Positions 28,101-35,900 of a stretch of DNA of 64,000 nucleotides are shown here, piece after piece. The notes under the pieces were generated by a model. That model saw only the letters and a list, made by a program, of their open reading frames with translations. It did no database searches and was not told the DNA's origin. Each line of letters begins with the position of its first letter. Position 1 is the stretch's first letter. The translations under genes and the position numbers were made by a program. Source of the stretch: Escherichia coli (GTDB lineage Bacteria > Pseudomonadota > Gammaproteobacteria > Enterobacterales > Enterobacteriaceae); NCBI GenBank assembly GCA_023061495.1, contig GCA_023061495.1_3643.1. One strand, written 5' to 3'.

Positions 28101-28726
28101 GGTATATTAACAAGAACGGGCACGCCCAGTTTATGGATGTGTGGGTGAAAGGTAACATCAACGCTAGTGCAGGTAACTTCACAGGGGCAGTTAACGCCAC
28201 CAGTGGTACCTTCCGTGGAGATGTTTATGCCAACAATGGTAGCTTTAGAGGGACCATAGATGCAACAGGAGGTACATTCCGTGGACGTGTAGAAGCTTCC
28301 GTTATCCGTGCTAACCAGTTCGAAGGTGCGATTGTTGCACACAGGACTTACGGAGATTGTGCTCCAGTATATAACTCGCAGCAAAGGGTTTGCCGTTGGA
28401 GGTGGAGATATGTGGACAACGTGCAAGGCCAAGGTAAAAACGTAACATTCTTCTTTAAACTGAACGGTACTCGTGCCAACTCTCAACTAAATGCGTGGAT
28501 AGCTGGTCACCAACTACTTGCTGGCAAGAAGTACGGAAACGATAACGATGGCATGTGTGCAGTTGGGATAACAGGTCTAGGTGAACAAACTATAGACATT
28601 ATTATCGAGATTTACACACCATGGTCAACAGGGAACGTGACAGGCATTACAATATCTTGTCCTACAGTCGTTGTAAGTCGTTCTAACTCAAGTTTCCAAG
28701 GTCCTTGGAATGAGTCTCACGACTAA
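24956..28726 (+). CDS. host-specificity / central tail fibre protein, lambda gpJ-like (true start uncertain, probably within or before the N-run)
   Basis: About 1250 codons; post-mask region and the C-terminal block (YVAGIQLGMEGSGGQVQSYFMVSANNFAVYNPGNGTA...) resemble lambda J as recalled; internal coiled-coil repeat array; UUCG terminator downstream. Confidence 0.55.
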   Translation: MTLTSFLLGCQTSHSSRLVKNXXXXXXXXXXXXXXXXXXXXXXXXXXXXXXXXXKKCYDPRTSKEVYTNNAALVILDYLRTYLKCPDETINWESFKEAANICDEAVRNADGTSERRYTINGEFDMDEAPASIMAEMLKACGADLSYVAGKYGLLVGAYYGPATMTLSEDCVCGEVKIYPEASFDKRSNTITGRFTSPTKGYSETDFPSVFVPEWIEKDGERKIIDIDYRFVTSPYQAQRVSAIFLRRARAGRIIEVTCNMRGFKFKPGRYVTMNLPSIGIVGQEMRVLEWEFTKKGGVKVKLRQDAKEWNDATGQLPDSGDVDIPISPSGVAQPQNFRYSVLQAGEVTHGVLAWDNVGTYAQNIVQVRKNGEIIWTAQTVEQFVRVEGLTKGSYTATVVATSYKGGVSPEAYCEFNIQAPEAPVSVEVKQGYFAITLIPHSRDLASVSTQYDFWTSGMTRLPDTSDATVTSKATRMGVGSTWTSEGLQNDKIYYWYIRTTNAFGSSQFVECAARCYTSIEDLMPQIDAEFKKTETYKELMSTLDSSIEEVENRVTELNRYMDGRVDEAFDRMEGEFSRVDKLYAQLGDRVGIFIQETHDNFQDVNGTLTTLDQKLVATQNKFADDLSKESGKLTSLIQTTNKATTDLLNQKTEALDEKIVSTRGELEDALAQESSELNSLIVSTNKTTTDLLNRKTEALDNKLTATKGELTNNLQNESAKLSSLIESTNKSTTDLLNKKTEALDEKLVAAQGELTEQIGDVEKGYLAGDKSLEGKLNTQRSELDASILSTNQATVDLLNRTSETLDQKISQTNATVSKNYTTLDGKINTAKSDLNTLISTTNKATTDLLNQKTAALTEQLTTAKGQITTNTNNITGLDNKLTQTKKELSANISETNKSTVDLINGTASAIRQELAVAKQEIIDDVGDVTELRAAVATTSKAVTDLEGKVNAQWGTKIQVDSAGNKYVAGIQLGMEGSGGQVQSYFMVSANNFAVYNPGNGTATLAFAIKNNQAFLKDAFIENGTISSAKIAQEISSNNYDGNGYHKYGWYINKNGHAQFMDVWVKGNINASAGNFTGAVNATSGTFRGDVYANNGSFRGTIDATGGTFRGRVEASVIRANQFEGAIVAHRTYGDCAPVYNSQQRVCRWRWRYVDNVQGQGKNVTFFFKLNGTRANSQLNAWIAGHQLLAGKKYGNDNDGMCAVGITGLGEQTIDIIIEIYTPWSTGNVTGITISCPTVVVSRSNSSFQGPWNESHD
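25021..25116. other. run of 96 N (masked or unresolved sequence)
   Basis: Literal N characters; the reading frame changes across this run, unlike the other three N-runs. Confidence 0.95.
26850..27790 (+). repeat. tandem coding repeats (about six degenerate 40-60-aa coiled-coil units) inside the J-like gene
   Basis: Recurring units such as L-x-S-L-I-x-T-T-N-K-x-T-T-D-L-L-N-x-K-T-E-A-L-D-x-K-L visible in the translation. Confidence 0.6.
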
Positions 28727-28734
28727 CAGTAAAG

Positions 28735-28760
28735 CCCCGCTTCGGCGGGGTTTATTTTTA
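28735..28760 (+). terminator. rho-independent terminator with UUCG tetraloop
   Basis: CCCCGC-TTCG-GCGGGG followed by TTTATTTTTA. Confidence 0.7.
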
Positions 28761-28768
28761 TGCTCAGA

Positions 28769-28797
28769 TTGACTATTGTTACAAAATTTGGTAAAAT
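28769..28797 (+). promoter_or_regulatory. sigma70-like promoter with extended -10 (TTGACT, 17 bp, TGgTAAAAT)
   Basis: -35 TTGACT 28769-28774, TG 28789-28790, -10 TAAAAT 28792-28797. Confidence 0.6.
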
Positions 28798-28830
28798 ACC
28801 TTGTAGAGATTTTCATACCGGAGGAGTGAC

Positions 28831-30321
28831 GTGGCTAAGTATGGATTGACAGAGGCTGGTTTCGTTATACCAACCCTAAATGACCTAATCGTTGAAACTA
28901 AGCAAAGCCTGATCCGTGCTTTTGGCGAAAACTTCAACGTACAGAGTAACTCCGTTGCAGATAAGCTGACCACTATCTTCAACGAGCGAGAGTATCAACT
29001 TATTCTTATGGCAGCATCTGTATACGCATCGCAGACGCTGTATGGGGCAGAAGGTATTTACCTGGATGAGCTTCTTGGAAGACAGGGTATTTACCGAAGA
29101 GGCCGTTCTAAATCATCAGGTACCTGCCAGTTGACAATCAACACAACTGTGCCATACAATATGATTTATGATTCCAAAACTTATACGCTGGACAGTGGCA
29201 ACTTTGTTCTTAGCAACGATGTGCAGGTGGCGGGAAATCTTATTGCTCACAGAATAAACGCTCCAGACCTAAGAATTGGGAAATACAACTTTCAAATTAC
29301 CAACCAGACAGACGGAAGTATCAAAACAAAAAGTCTGGTTTTAACAGATAAGGCTCTGGACTCTTCTGATTTGCCAAGCTTTTACGGTGAGATTAAGCAA
29401 TTCATTGTCGATAATACAACCCTGCTGAATGATGATTTAATTCAGATAGATATGTTGACAGGGACGTTGTGGATAGGGTACAATTCGAATCTTGATCAAG
29501 TTGGACTTAATAGCAGGGTAGATTTCAGAGTATCCCCGATTGTAGGGGAAAGAACTATCACCCTAGATGTTATCGCTAACGAGGCTGGTGAGCTGTCAAG
29601 AGAGGCAGAAACCGTGACAACAATGTCACCTACTCCCAGTGGATTTATCAAGCTTACCAACCGAGAAAGATTCAATGAGGGCAGGGATGTTGAGAAAGAC
29701 TCTGAGTATCGCTTAAGAGCTTCCAGCACTAAACAGCTGACATCTAAAGCTACCCGTCCTGCAATTCTTAGCGCTGTAAGCGAGGTGAAAGGTGTTGAGA
29801 AAGTAAGAGTGTTCTCTAACAACACCGATAAAACGGATGCGAAAGGTATACCACCTTATAAGTTTCAAGTGGTGGTGTTTGGTGGTGCAACAGAGGATAT
29901 CTGTCAGGCGCTGTATCAAACCATAGCTTGCACAAACAGAACTTATGGGAATATCTTCTACGATATTACCACATCAGACGGTCAGACTGAAAGGATTTAT
30001 TACTCCAAGGCAAATACCTACCGCCTAGATGTAAGAATTACCTACTCAGGTGCTGCGCTTTCCACAACCGAAAAAGATGCCATTGTAGAGGCTCTTTTGC
30101 AGGTTGTTAACGGACTGGATGTTGCAGATACGTTGTACAATATCCAATTGGTTGGTGCTGCATCAGCTGCTGTGTCAATAGGCAGATTTAACAGACTTGT
30201 GATTCAAGTAAAACCTGTGGGAGCCTCTGATGAAGCTTACACTACAAACGATATTGTTGCAAACATGACTGAGGTGTTTGACCTAGACGAAAGTAATATA
30301 ACTTTCCAACAAACTATTTAA
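28831..30321 (+). CDS. putative baseplate wedge protein (Baseplate_J / gp6-like)
   Basis: GTG start 28831 preceded by GGAGGAG; 496 aa; N-terminal region fits the baseplate J-like pattern as recalled. Confidence 0.5.
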   Translation: MAKYGLTEAGFVIPTLNDLIVETKQSLIRAFGENFNVQSNSVADKLTTIFNEREYQLILMAASVYASQTLYGAEGIYLDELLGRQGIYRRGRSKSSGTCQLTINTTVPYNMIYDSKTYTLDSGNFVLSNDVQVAGNLIAHRINAPDLRIGKYNFQITNQTDGSIKTKSLVLTDKALDSSDLPSFYGEIKQFIVDNTTLLNDDLIQIDMLTGTLWIGYNSNLDQVGLNSRVDFRVSPIVGERTITLDVIANEAGELSREAETVTTMSPTPSGFIKLTNRERFNEGRDVEKDSEYRLRASSTKQLTSKATRPAILSAVSEVKGVEKVRVFSNNTDKTDAKGIPPYKFQVVVFGGATEDICQALYQTIACTNRTYGNIFYDITTSDGQTERIYYSKANTYRLDVRITYSGAALSTTEKDAIVEALLQVVNGLDVADTLYNIQLVGAASAAVSIGRFNRLVIQVKPVGASDEAYTTNDIVANMTEVFDLDESNITFQQTI

Positions 30322-30332
30322 GGCGGTGAGAT

Positions 30333-31019
30333 ATGGCAGAGATTAAGTCGGATGTCAACCACATCCACACTCTGCCAGATTTTGTTCAGGGAGGTCTTGA
30401 TTACCTGCCTGGAGATTTTCTGGCTGAGAAGGTTAATTTAGTCACATTCTTAACCGTGTACCTTAAAAGGTTGGAGGATGTTGATAAAATGCTGGTAGGC
30501 TTGGCTGAAGGAAGATTGCTTAACAATGCCAGCGGGAGATACCTTGACGAAGTTGGTAATCAACTCGGTATTCTTCGGAATGGGCTTTCAGATGCGGATT
30601 TTCGTGCTACCCTGGTTATTCAGCAAGCAGCAGCATCAAGGGGTGGGACTCGCGAAGATGTCATCTCCACCTTGCGACAATTGTTCGGAAGAGACAATTT
30701 CGATACGTGGAAAGGTGACAATTTCAGGTTTGACATAAACATTAGAAAAACTTGCTTTGACATATTGCAGTCTATCGACCAGATCTTAGATATGCTGCCA
30801 TTGCCTTGTCATTTGCGTCTTACGGAGTCGCAAGGGCAAGCTTTTGGTTTTGAAGGGGACTCTACAACTCTCGGCTTCGGATCAGTGTGGGAAGAAAACC
30901 AGTTCGGGGTTGGTGGGCTGGCTACTTTGTTATATGTTCCTGACGTAAGACCTGATTGGGATACCACAACCATTTATTGTGAAAGTATTACAGTAAACGC
31001 AACTAGACAGGAGGGTTAA
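30333..31019 (+). CDS. putative baseplate protein (P2 gpI / Mu gp48-like, tentative)
   Basis: 228 aa directly after the J-like baseplate gene; motif YLDEVGNQLGILRNGLSDADFR. Confidence 0.4.
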   Translation: MAEIKSDVNHIHTLPDFVQGGLDYLPGDFLAEKVNLVTFLTVYLKRLEDVDKMLVGLAEGRLLNNASGRYLDEVGNQLGILRNGLSDADFRATLVIQQAAASRGGTREDVISTLRQLFGRDNFDTWKGDNFRFDINIRKTCFDILQSIDQILDMLPLPCHLRLTESQGQAFGFEGDSTTLGFGSVWEENQFGVGGLATLLYVPDVRPDWDTTTIYCESITVNATRQEG

Positions 31020-33091
31020 TGGCAACAGCTGTTTTTAAACCTTACCGTGATTACTCTACAATGGCTGCACGGTTTCATTACCGCACAGTTCAGGATACTG
31101 CAGTTCCGGGTAGGGATTATGATCATGTTGAGGGCGATGTAACTATCCCGGTTGGGGCAACCAGTATTGAGATCCCTGTAGAAATTGTTGACAAATTGCC
31201 AAACAGGTTGCCAAGAAGCTTCTTTATGGAGTTTTCATCAAACTCCCAAGGGGTTATGATTGGAACACAAAGAGCGAAATGTACAATAGTTTCAGATGAG
31301 AATCTTGACAGAATATCTTGGGATACCGTTGAGGAGAGAATGTTTCACCCAAGATACTGGGTTACAACCACACAGCAGACTGAAAGCACCTGTATTGTTG
31401 CGGATAATAACTGCTGTATTAACCGTTTAGTGTCAAGAACATATGGGGGCATGGCTGGGTGCATTTGGGAAACAGTTGACAAGTATGACCATTTCGGCAT
31501 TGGATTTGATGATCACTACGAGATGAGAAACACCAAGCTTTGGTTCAGAATGTCAATAACCAATGCCAGCAACTTCTCCACCCCTGAAAAGATGATTATG
31601 ACTGTAGACCTTGTTGATGGTACAATCATCTATGTTCCTTTAGCTCAATATGCTGTCAGCATCTCAGAGGATAAGAATGTTGCAGAAATTCATATTGATT
31701 TCGAGGACTGCGTCGGGATGGACCAGAACAACAACATGATGGGTGTTGATCCTCGGCAGGTGAGAAGGATTCTAATACCACTTATGCCTAAAGATTGGGT
31801 AGGTAATAGCACAGACCCGAGAACGGAAAATGTAGAGTGTGAGTTGCGTCTAGATCTTCTTCAGCCGGATACAGGCTGGAAAATGATGCAACTTAACAAT
31901 ATTCAGGTGAAAGAACACGATGTTGGGATCTGCACAGCATATGACGATATGTGGAACGTATCCCCTTTAAGGGTGTTGAGCAATATCAAGCGTCTGGGCT
32001 ATACAGGAACCATAAACCATTATGTTGGTATGAGCCATTATTATGACTACACATGGTCAGGAACCCAATGGTCTATAAACAAAACAGGAGCTCTAAACGC
32101 TGCAGCTTATAAATGGCATGATGATTTTATGTACAATGCCAAACGACATGACTTCGACGTTATGCAGTCTGTAAGCTTTGAGCTTTATAGCGATGCCTGT
32201 CCGTTGGAATGGACCCAGAGAGACTGGAACGATAACTATGCTAAAACAGGCTATACGCCTTGTAGTTACCTCCTGTCTCCAACCATTGAAGAGGGCATGA
32301 ATTTCCTTACTGCAGTATTTAAGAATTTTGCATCAGCCGCTATGAGAAACAACCTGCCAGTGATTATGCAGATTGGTGAACCGTGGTGGTGGTTCAATAC
32401 CGATACTCGTAAGCCTTGTATTTATGACTACCCTACAAAGCAGGCGTTTTATGATGAGACTGGTGAATATGCACTAGACATTGGGACTATTGACGATCCT
32501 AAAACTGGCGGTGTTTATGACAAGTATGTAGCATTTTGTCGTGGTAAGCTTGGCGCTCGTATTGCAGCCATTTCAAAGGCAATAAAAGCACACGCTGCAT
32601 CGGCTCAGATGACAGCTTTACTGTTTTTCCCCACTATTATGGAAACCGAGCTTACGCAAAAACTGAACCTTGCTGACCAATATAAAAAGGAAGCAGGTGC
32701 TCTTGATTTCTTCTGCACTGAGTGCTACGATTGGGTGATGCAGGGAGGTATTGAAAAGGCAAAAGAGTCTGTAAACATACCTATCGTTAAGTTAGGTTGG
32801 AAACCGTCTGAAATACAATACCTTGCAGGGTTCGTTCCTAGCAAAGAGCTTGCTCCGGTATATGGCTACGACCCAACCAGGAATTACCAAGAATTTTTAT
32901 GGAGATGTATTTGCGGAAACATGGCAACCATAGAGTATAGATACCCTGAGGTAAAACAGTATGTGTGGGCATACCCGCAAGTAATGTCTGACAGCATCAC
33001 TGTTACCGCCAGAGATTCTACTGTTCTGCATATGGGGCAGGTTGCTCTGAAAGGGTATGTAGAAGATGTTGTTCCGCCAGACTTCTCATAA
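31019..33091 (+). CDS. tail-associated protein with Calx-beta-like N-terminal motif, possible enzymatic tailspike
   Basis: 690 aa; start overlaps upstream stop; N-terminal DYDHVEGDVTIPVGATSIEIPVEIVD resembles a Calx-beta motif; Trp-rich remainder. Confidence 0.45.
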   Translation: MATAVFKPYRDYSTMAARFHYRTVQDTAVPGRDYDHVEGDVTIPVGATSIEIPVEIVDKLPNRLPRSFFMEFSSNSQGVMIGTQRAKCTIVSDENLDRISWDTVEERMFHPRYWVTTTQQTESTCIVADNNCCINRLVSRTYGGMAGCIWETVDKYDHFGIGFDDHYEMRNTKLWFRMSITNASNFSTPEKMIMTVDLVDGTIIYVPLAQYAVSISEDKNVAEIHIDFEDCVGMDQNNNMMGVDPRQVRRILIPLMPKDWVGNSTDPRTENVECELRLDLLQPDTGWKMMQLNNIQVKEHDVGICTAYDDMWNVSPLRVLSNIKRLGYTGTINHYVGMSHYYDYTWSGTQWSINKTGALNAAAYKWHDDFMYNAKRHDFDVMQSVSFELYSDACPLEWTQRDWNDNYAKTGYTPCSYLLSPTIEEGMNFLTAVFKNFASAAMRNNLPVIMQIGEPWWWFNTDTRKPCIYDYPTKQAFYDETGEYALDIGTIDDPKTGGVYDKYVAFCRGKLGARIAAISKAIKAHAASAQMTALLFFPTIMETELTQKLNLADQYKKEAGALDFFCTECYDWVMQGGIEKAKESVNIPIVKLGWKPSEIQYLAGFVPSKELAPVYGYDPTRNYQEFLWRCICGNMATIEYRYPEVKQYVWAYPQVMSDSITVTARDSTVLHMGQVALKGYVEDVVPPDFS

Positions 33092-33103
33092 TCAGGAGAT
33101 AAA

Positions 33104-34144
33104 ATGTCAAAACCTAGTTTTCCATTAGAGATTTGGGCAGAGGAGGATCAGGTTCTGCCTAACACCCACAGACAGAACAGGCTACGCCCGATTGATGATT
33201 TGTGGAGAAAAGGTTGGGATCTTGGTCAAAAGCCGTCATGTGAAGAACTTAACTATATTTTCAATATGCTCGGGACTTGGGCAAAATATATTGCTGACGA
33301 GCAGATCCCAGCCCAAGAGGGCCGTTATCTGGTACGTGATAATAACCTGAGCGATCTTCTGAACATTCCTGTCGCCCGTAGAAACCTTGGGGTTATTACT
33401 AAGGAAGAGGCAGACGCCAGGTATGTAAAAGTTACAGGCGATACAATGACAGGCCCCTTAGGTTTGCAGCGTATCAACTTTAAAGCTGCCGAGACAGATA
33501 AGGCTTGGATAGAGACAACTATTGGTCCAGATAAGACAACTCTCGACTTTGGGTTAAGTGATAACACTGGGTCGTTTGATGATGGTGGCACATCTACAGT
33601 AGATGCGTTTCGTTGGAGATTCCAGCCAACTCAGCCAGACATTAATCCAGAGTTCACTTTGATGTACCTGAACGCGATCACGGCTAACCGTGCGCTGTTG
33701 AAAGTGGTAGGTAATGTTGAAGTTGTCGATAACATGCGGTGTAACAACCTTACCATTAGCAGCACAGCAACATTCACCAACTGTAATGTGGCTAGTCAGT
33801 TGACAGCTGGGTCCGTATATGTTAATGGCGGCGCAAGTTGTGACAGTATGGTTGTAAGAAGCCAGCATTGTGTTGTAGGTAACAGAAATGTGGTGCGCTC
33901 TGTGAATGGAGTGACGGCTAACGGTAACGGCGATGTAACGATCACCATCCCGCAGACAGGGGTACAGGATATCAGAATCGGTGCAAGACTTGTTGATGGT
34001 GTTTCTGAATCTCCAGTTCGCAACGGCTACGTTGTCACAGGTTGGCATTTTGGTGATAAAAAAGAGATGCGTGGTTCAACCTACTGGGCAGGACCTTTAC
34101 AAAAACTTGTAAATGGTCAATGGATCACTGTTAATTATGCGTAG
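33104..34144 (+). CDS. tail fibre protein (paralogue of the 35160 gene)
   Basis: 346 aa; N-terminus (KPSFPLEIWAEEDQVL) and C-terminus (YWAGPLQKLVNGQWITVNYA) match the shorter gene at 35160-35615. Confidence 0.55.
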   Translation: MSKPSFPLEIWAEEDQVLPNTHRQNRLRPIDDLWRKGWDLGQKPSCEELNYIFNMLGTWAKYIADEQIPAQEGRYLVRDNNLSDLLNIPVARRNLGVITKEEADARYVKVTGDTMTGPLGLQRINFKAAETDKAWIETTIGPDKTTLDFGLSDNTGSFDDGGTSTVDAFRWRFQPTQPDINPEFTLMYLNAITANRALLKVVGNVEVVDNMRCNNLTISSTATFTNCNVASQLTAGSVYVNGGASCDSMVVRSQHCVVGNRNVVRSVNGVTANGNGDVTITIPQTGVQDIRIGARLVDGVSESPVRNGYVVTGWHFGDKKEMRGSTYWAGPLQKLVNGQWITVNYA

Positions 34145-34158
34145 ATCGGAGGACTAGC

Positions 34159-34743
34159 ATGAAAATACTTCAAGAGTTTAAACTTTACCAGCCGGGATCT
34201 GGCGAATACTACACCAACAAGGAGACCAAGGAGCTGACTCCTCAGGAGGTTGAGGATTACACAGCATACACTGGATATTTTTTACGTAATGATGATGGCG
34301 ATTGGTATGTGCAATCACGAACACTGCGACAAGAAAATCCAGGCTGTATCTTCTTACTTGTTGACGAGAAGGGTATTCTTAAGACATCTACAGAAGAACC
34401 TGATGCCTTGTGGCCTGCTCCAGGTCTTCGTGTGGTTATCGCCAAAAAAGAAGAGGTACCAGAAAACATTATGCTCCACCACGACGCTTTGCGTTTAGTT
34501 GGTGATGAATTTGTCACAGACAATGAATTCTTTGTTCAACAGGCAGAGGGTGTCATAGAGACAGAACTTGCTTGGGCTACTGCTAGAATTGGTGCCTATC
34601 AAGACATGATTGACCTTGAATACGATCTTACTGATGACCAAAAACGCAACATCAGGGATTTGAAAATGTACAGGGTAAAACTTCTTGAAATAGATACATC
34701 TAAAGCCCCTGACATTTTCTTCCCGGAACGACCTACCCTCTAA
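34159..34743 (+). CDS. tail fibre assembly chaperone (Tfa-like)
   Basis: 194 aa immediately after a fibre gene; C-terminal motif ...DLKMYRVKLLEIDTSKAPDIFFPERP typical of tail fibre assembly proteins. Confidence 0.55.
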   Translation: MKILQEFKLYQPGSGEYYTNKETKELTPQEVEDYTAYTGYFLRNDDGDWYVQSRTLRQENPGCIFLLVDEKGILKTSTEEPDALWPAPGLRVVIAKKEEVPENIMLHHDALRLVGDEFVTDNEFFVQQAEGVIETELAWATARIGAYQDMIDLEYDLTDDQKRNIRDLKMYRVKLLEIDTSKAPDIFFPERPTL

Positions 34744-34754
34744 GAGGAGGTGTT

Positions 34755-35069
34755 GTGGAGTTGGATTTGGCGGCATTGTACGGTATCTGCATGGGTACCG
34801 TTGTCCCGATCTGTGTATGGGCTTTCAACCAGTGGCACACCAAATGGAAAGGCATTTCCAAGAGGTTGGATGAGCTGGAGAAAGACCTTATTTTAGTGAA
34901 AAATAGCATGGTTACAAAAGATAGACTTGATTCCATTATTGAAACCCGGTTAAGTAAGCTAGAGGCTGATATCAACGACCTTAAGCAAGATGTCAGGACA
35001 GATGTCTCCGGTATCAGAGCTGATGTGCAAAAGATTTTACACATGCTTGTAGAGCATAGTAAAAGGTAA
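34755..35069 (+). CDS. small membrane-anchored coiled-coil protein (function unknown)
   Basis: GTG start preceded by AGGAGG; 104 aa; hydrophobic N-terminal segment (LAALYGICMGTVVPICVWAF) then a predicted coiled coil. Confidence 0.4.
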   Translation: MELDLAALYGICMGTVVPICVWAFNQWHTKWKGISKRLDELEKDLILVKNSMVTKDRLDSIIETRLSKLEADINDLKQDVRTDVSGIRADVQKILHMLVEHSKR

Positions 35070-35078
35070 ACAAAGGCC

Positions 35079-35112
35079 AGAACGGCAAGGATGCCGTTCT
35101 TGCATTTTGTTC
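35079..35112 (+). terminator. rho-independent terminator
   Basis: Perfect 9-bp stem AGAACGGCA-AGGA-TGCCGTTCT followed by a T-rich tract; overlaps the next promoter -35. Confidence 0.65.
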
Positions 35113-35128
35113 TCTAAAGTGTTAAAAT
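35100..35128 (+). promoter_or_regulatory. sigma70-like promoter with extended -10 (TTGCAT, 17 bp, TGtTAAAAT)
   Basis: -35 TTGCAT 35100-35105, TG 35120-35121, -10 TAAAAT 35123-35128. Confidence 0.5.
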
Positions 35129-35159
35129 AGTCCTTAAGGAATTTTCTCAGGAGAACGTG

Positions 35160-35615
35160 ATGACTAAACCAGTTATCCCTCTTGATATTTGGGCCAATCA
35201 GGATGTTGTGCTTGAAAATACGGGAGAATTGAATAAGTCCCAACCAAAAAAAGAAGAGAGATTGAAAGGTTGGGATATGACACAAAGAGTGGCATGTGAG
35301 GTTGTTAACTTTGAACTTCACATGCTTTCTGCGTGNNNNNNNNNNNNNNNNNNNNNNNNNNNNNNNNNNNNNNNNNNNNNNNNNNNNNNNNNNNNNNNNN
35401 NNNNNNNNNNNNNNNNNNNNNNNNNNNNNNNGGGTGTTGAAGATGTAAGGATAGCAAACCGCTTCAGAACCACCTACAGAGAATCAAGAGTATACCCTGG
35501 GCATGTAATGTGCTCCGGCAATTACGCCTATAAACACCCGTATCAAGGTGACTATTGGACTGGTGCTATTCAAAAATTTGTAAACGGTCAATGGATTACC
35601 ATATCTTATGCTTAA
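35160..35615 (+). CDS. short tail fibre paralogue (middle masked by N)
   Basis: ATG 35160 preceded by CAGGAGA; shares N- and C-terminal motifs (YWTGAIQKFVNGQWITISYA) with the 33104 gene; frame preserved across a 96-nt N-run. Confidence 0.5.
   Translation: MTKPVIPLDIWANQDVVLENTGELNKSQPKKEERLKGWDMTQRVACEVVNFELHMLSAXXXXXXXXXXXXXXXXXXXXXXXXXXXXXXXXXGVEDVRIANRFRTTYRESRVYPGHVMCSGNYAYKHPYQGDYWTGAIQKFVNGQWITISYA
35336..35431. other. run of 96 N (masked or unresolved sequence) inside a CDS
   Basis: Literal N characters; flanking ORF remains in frame. Confidence 0.95.
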
Positions 35616-35624
35616 AGAGGGTAA

Positions 35625-35891
35625 ATGAAATTAACTCAGTTTTTATGGGGGTTGGTTGCGGCATCTGATGACCCTACGAAAGTGTCCCAATCTAAGCTAT
35701 GGTCAAACATAGGCATGGCAGTGATGACTGGGGTGTTTATTCATATGGGGTACAATGATACGCTTCCTGAATGGTATGCGTGGATATACGCACCTTCGGT
35801 AGCTTGCCCCCAGCTTATTAGCAAATTCATCTCGCTCCGGTGGGGTTGCCAGCACCCTGACCACGTTAAAAACGAAGAGCAAAAAGCTTAA
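35625..35891 (+). CDS. small hydrophobic protein (holin-like candidate, speculative)
   Basis: 88 aa, RBS AGAGGG; two hydrophobic segments (LTQFLWGLVAA; WSNIGMAVMTGVFIHMGY). Confidence 0.35.
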   Translation: MKLTQFLWGLVAASDDPTKVSQSKLWSNIGMAVMTGVFIHMGYNDTLPEWYAWIYAPSVACPQLISKFISLRWGCQHPDHVKNEEQKA

Positions 35892-35900
35892 GGAGAAATC

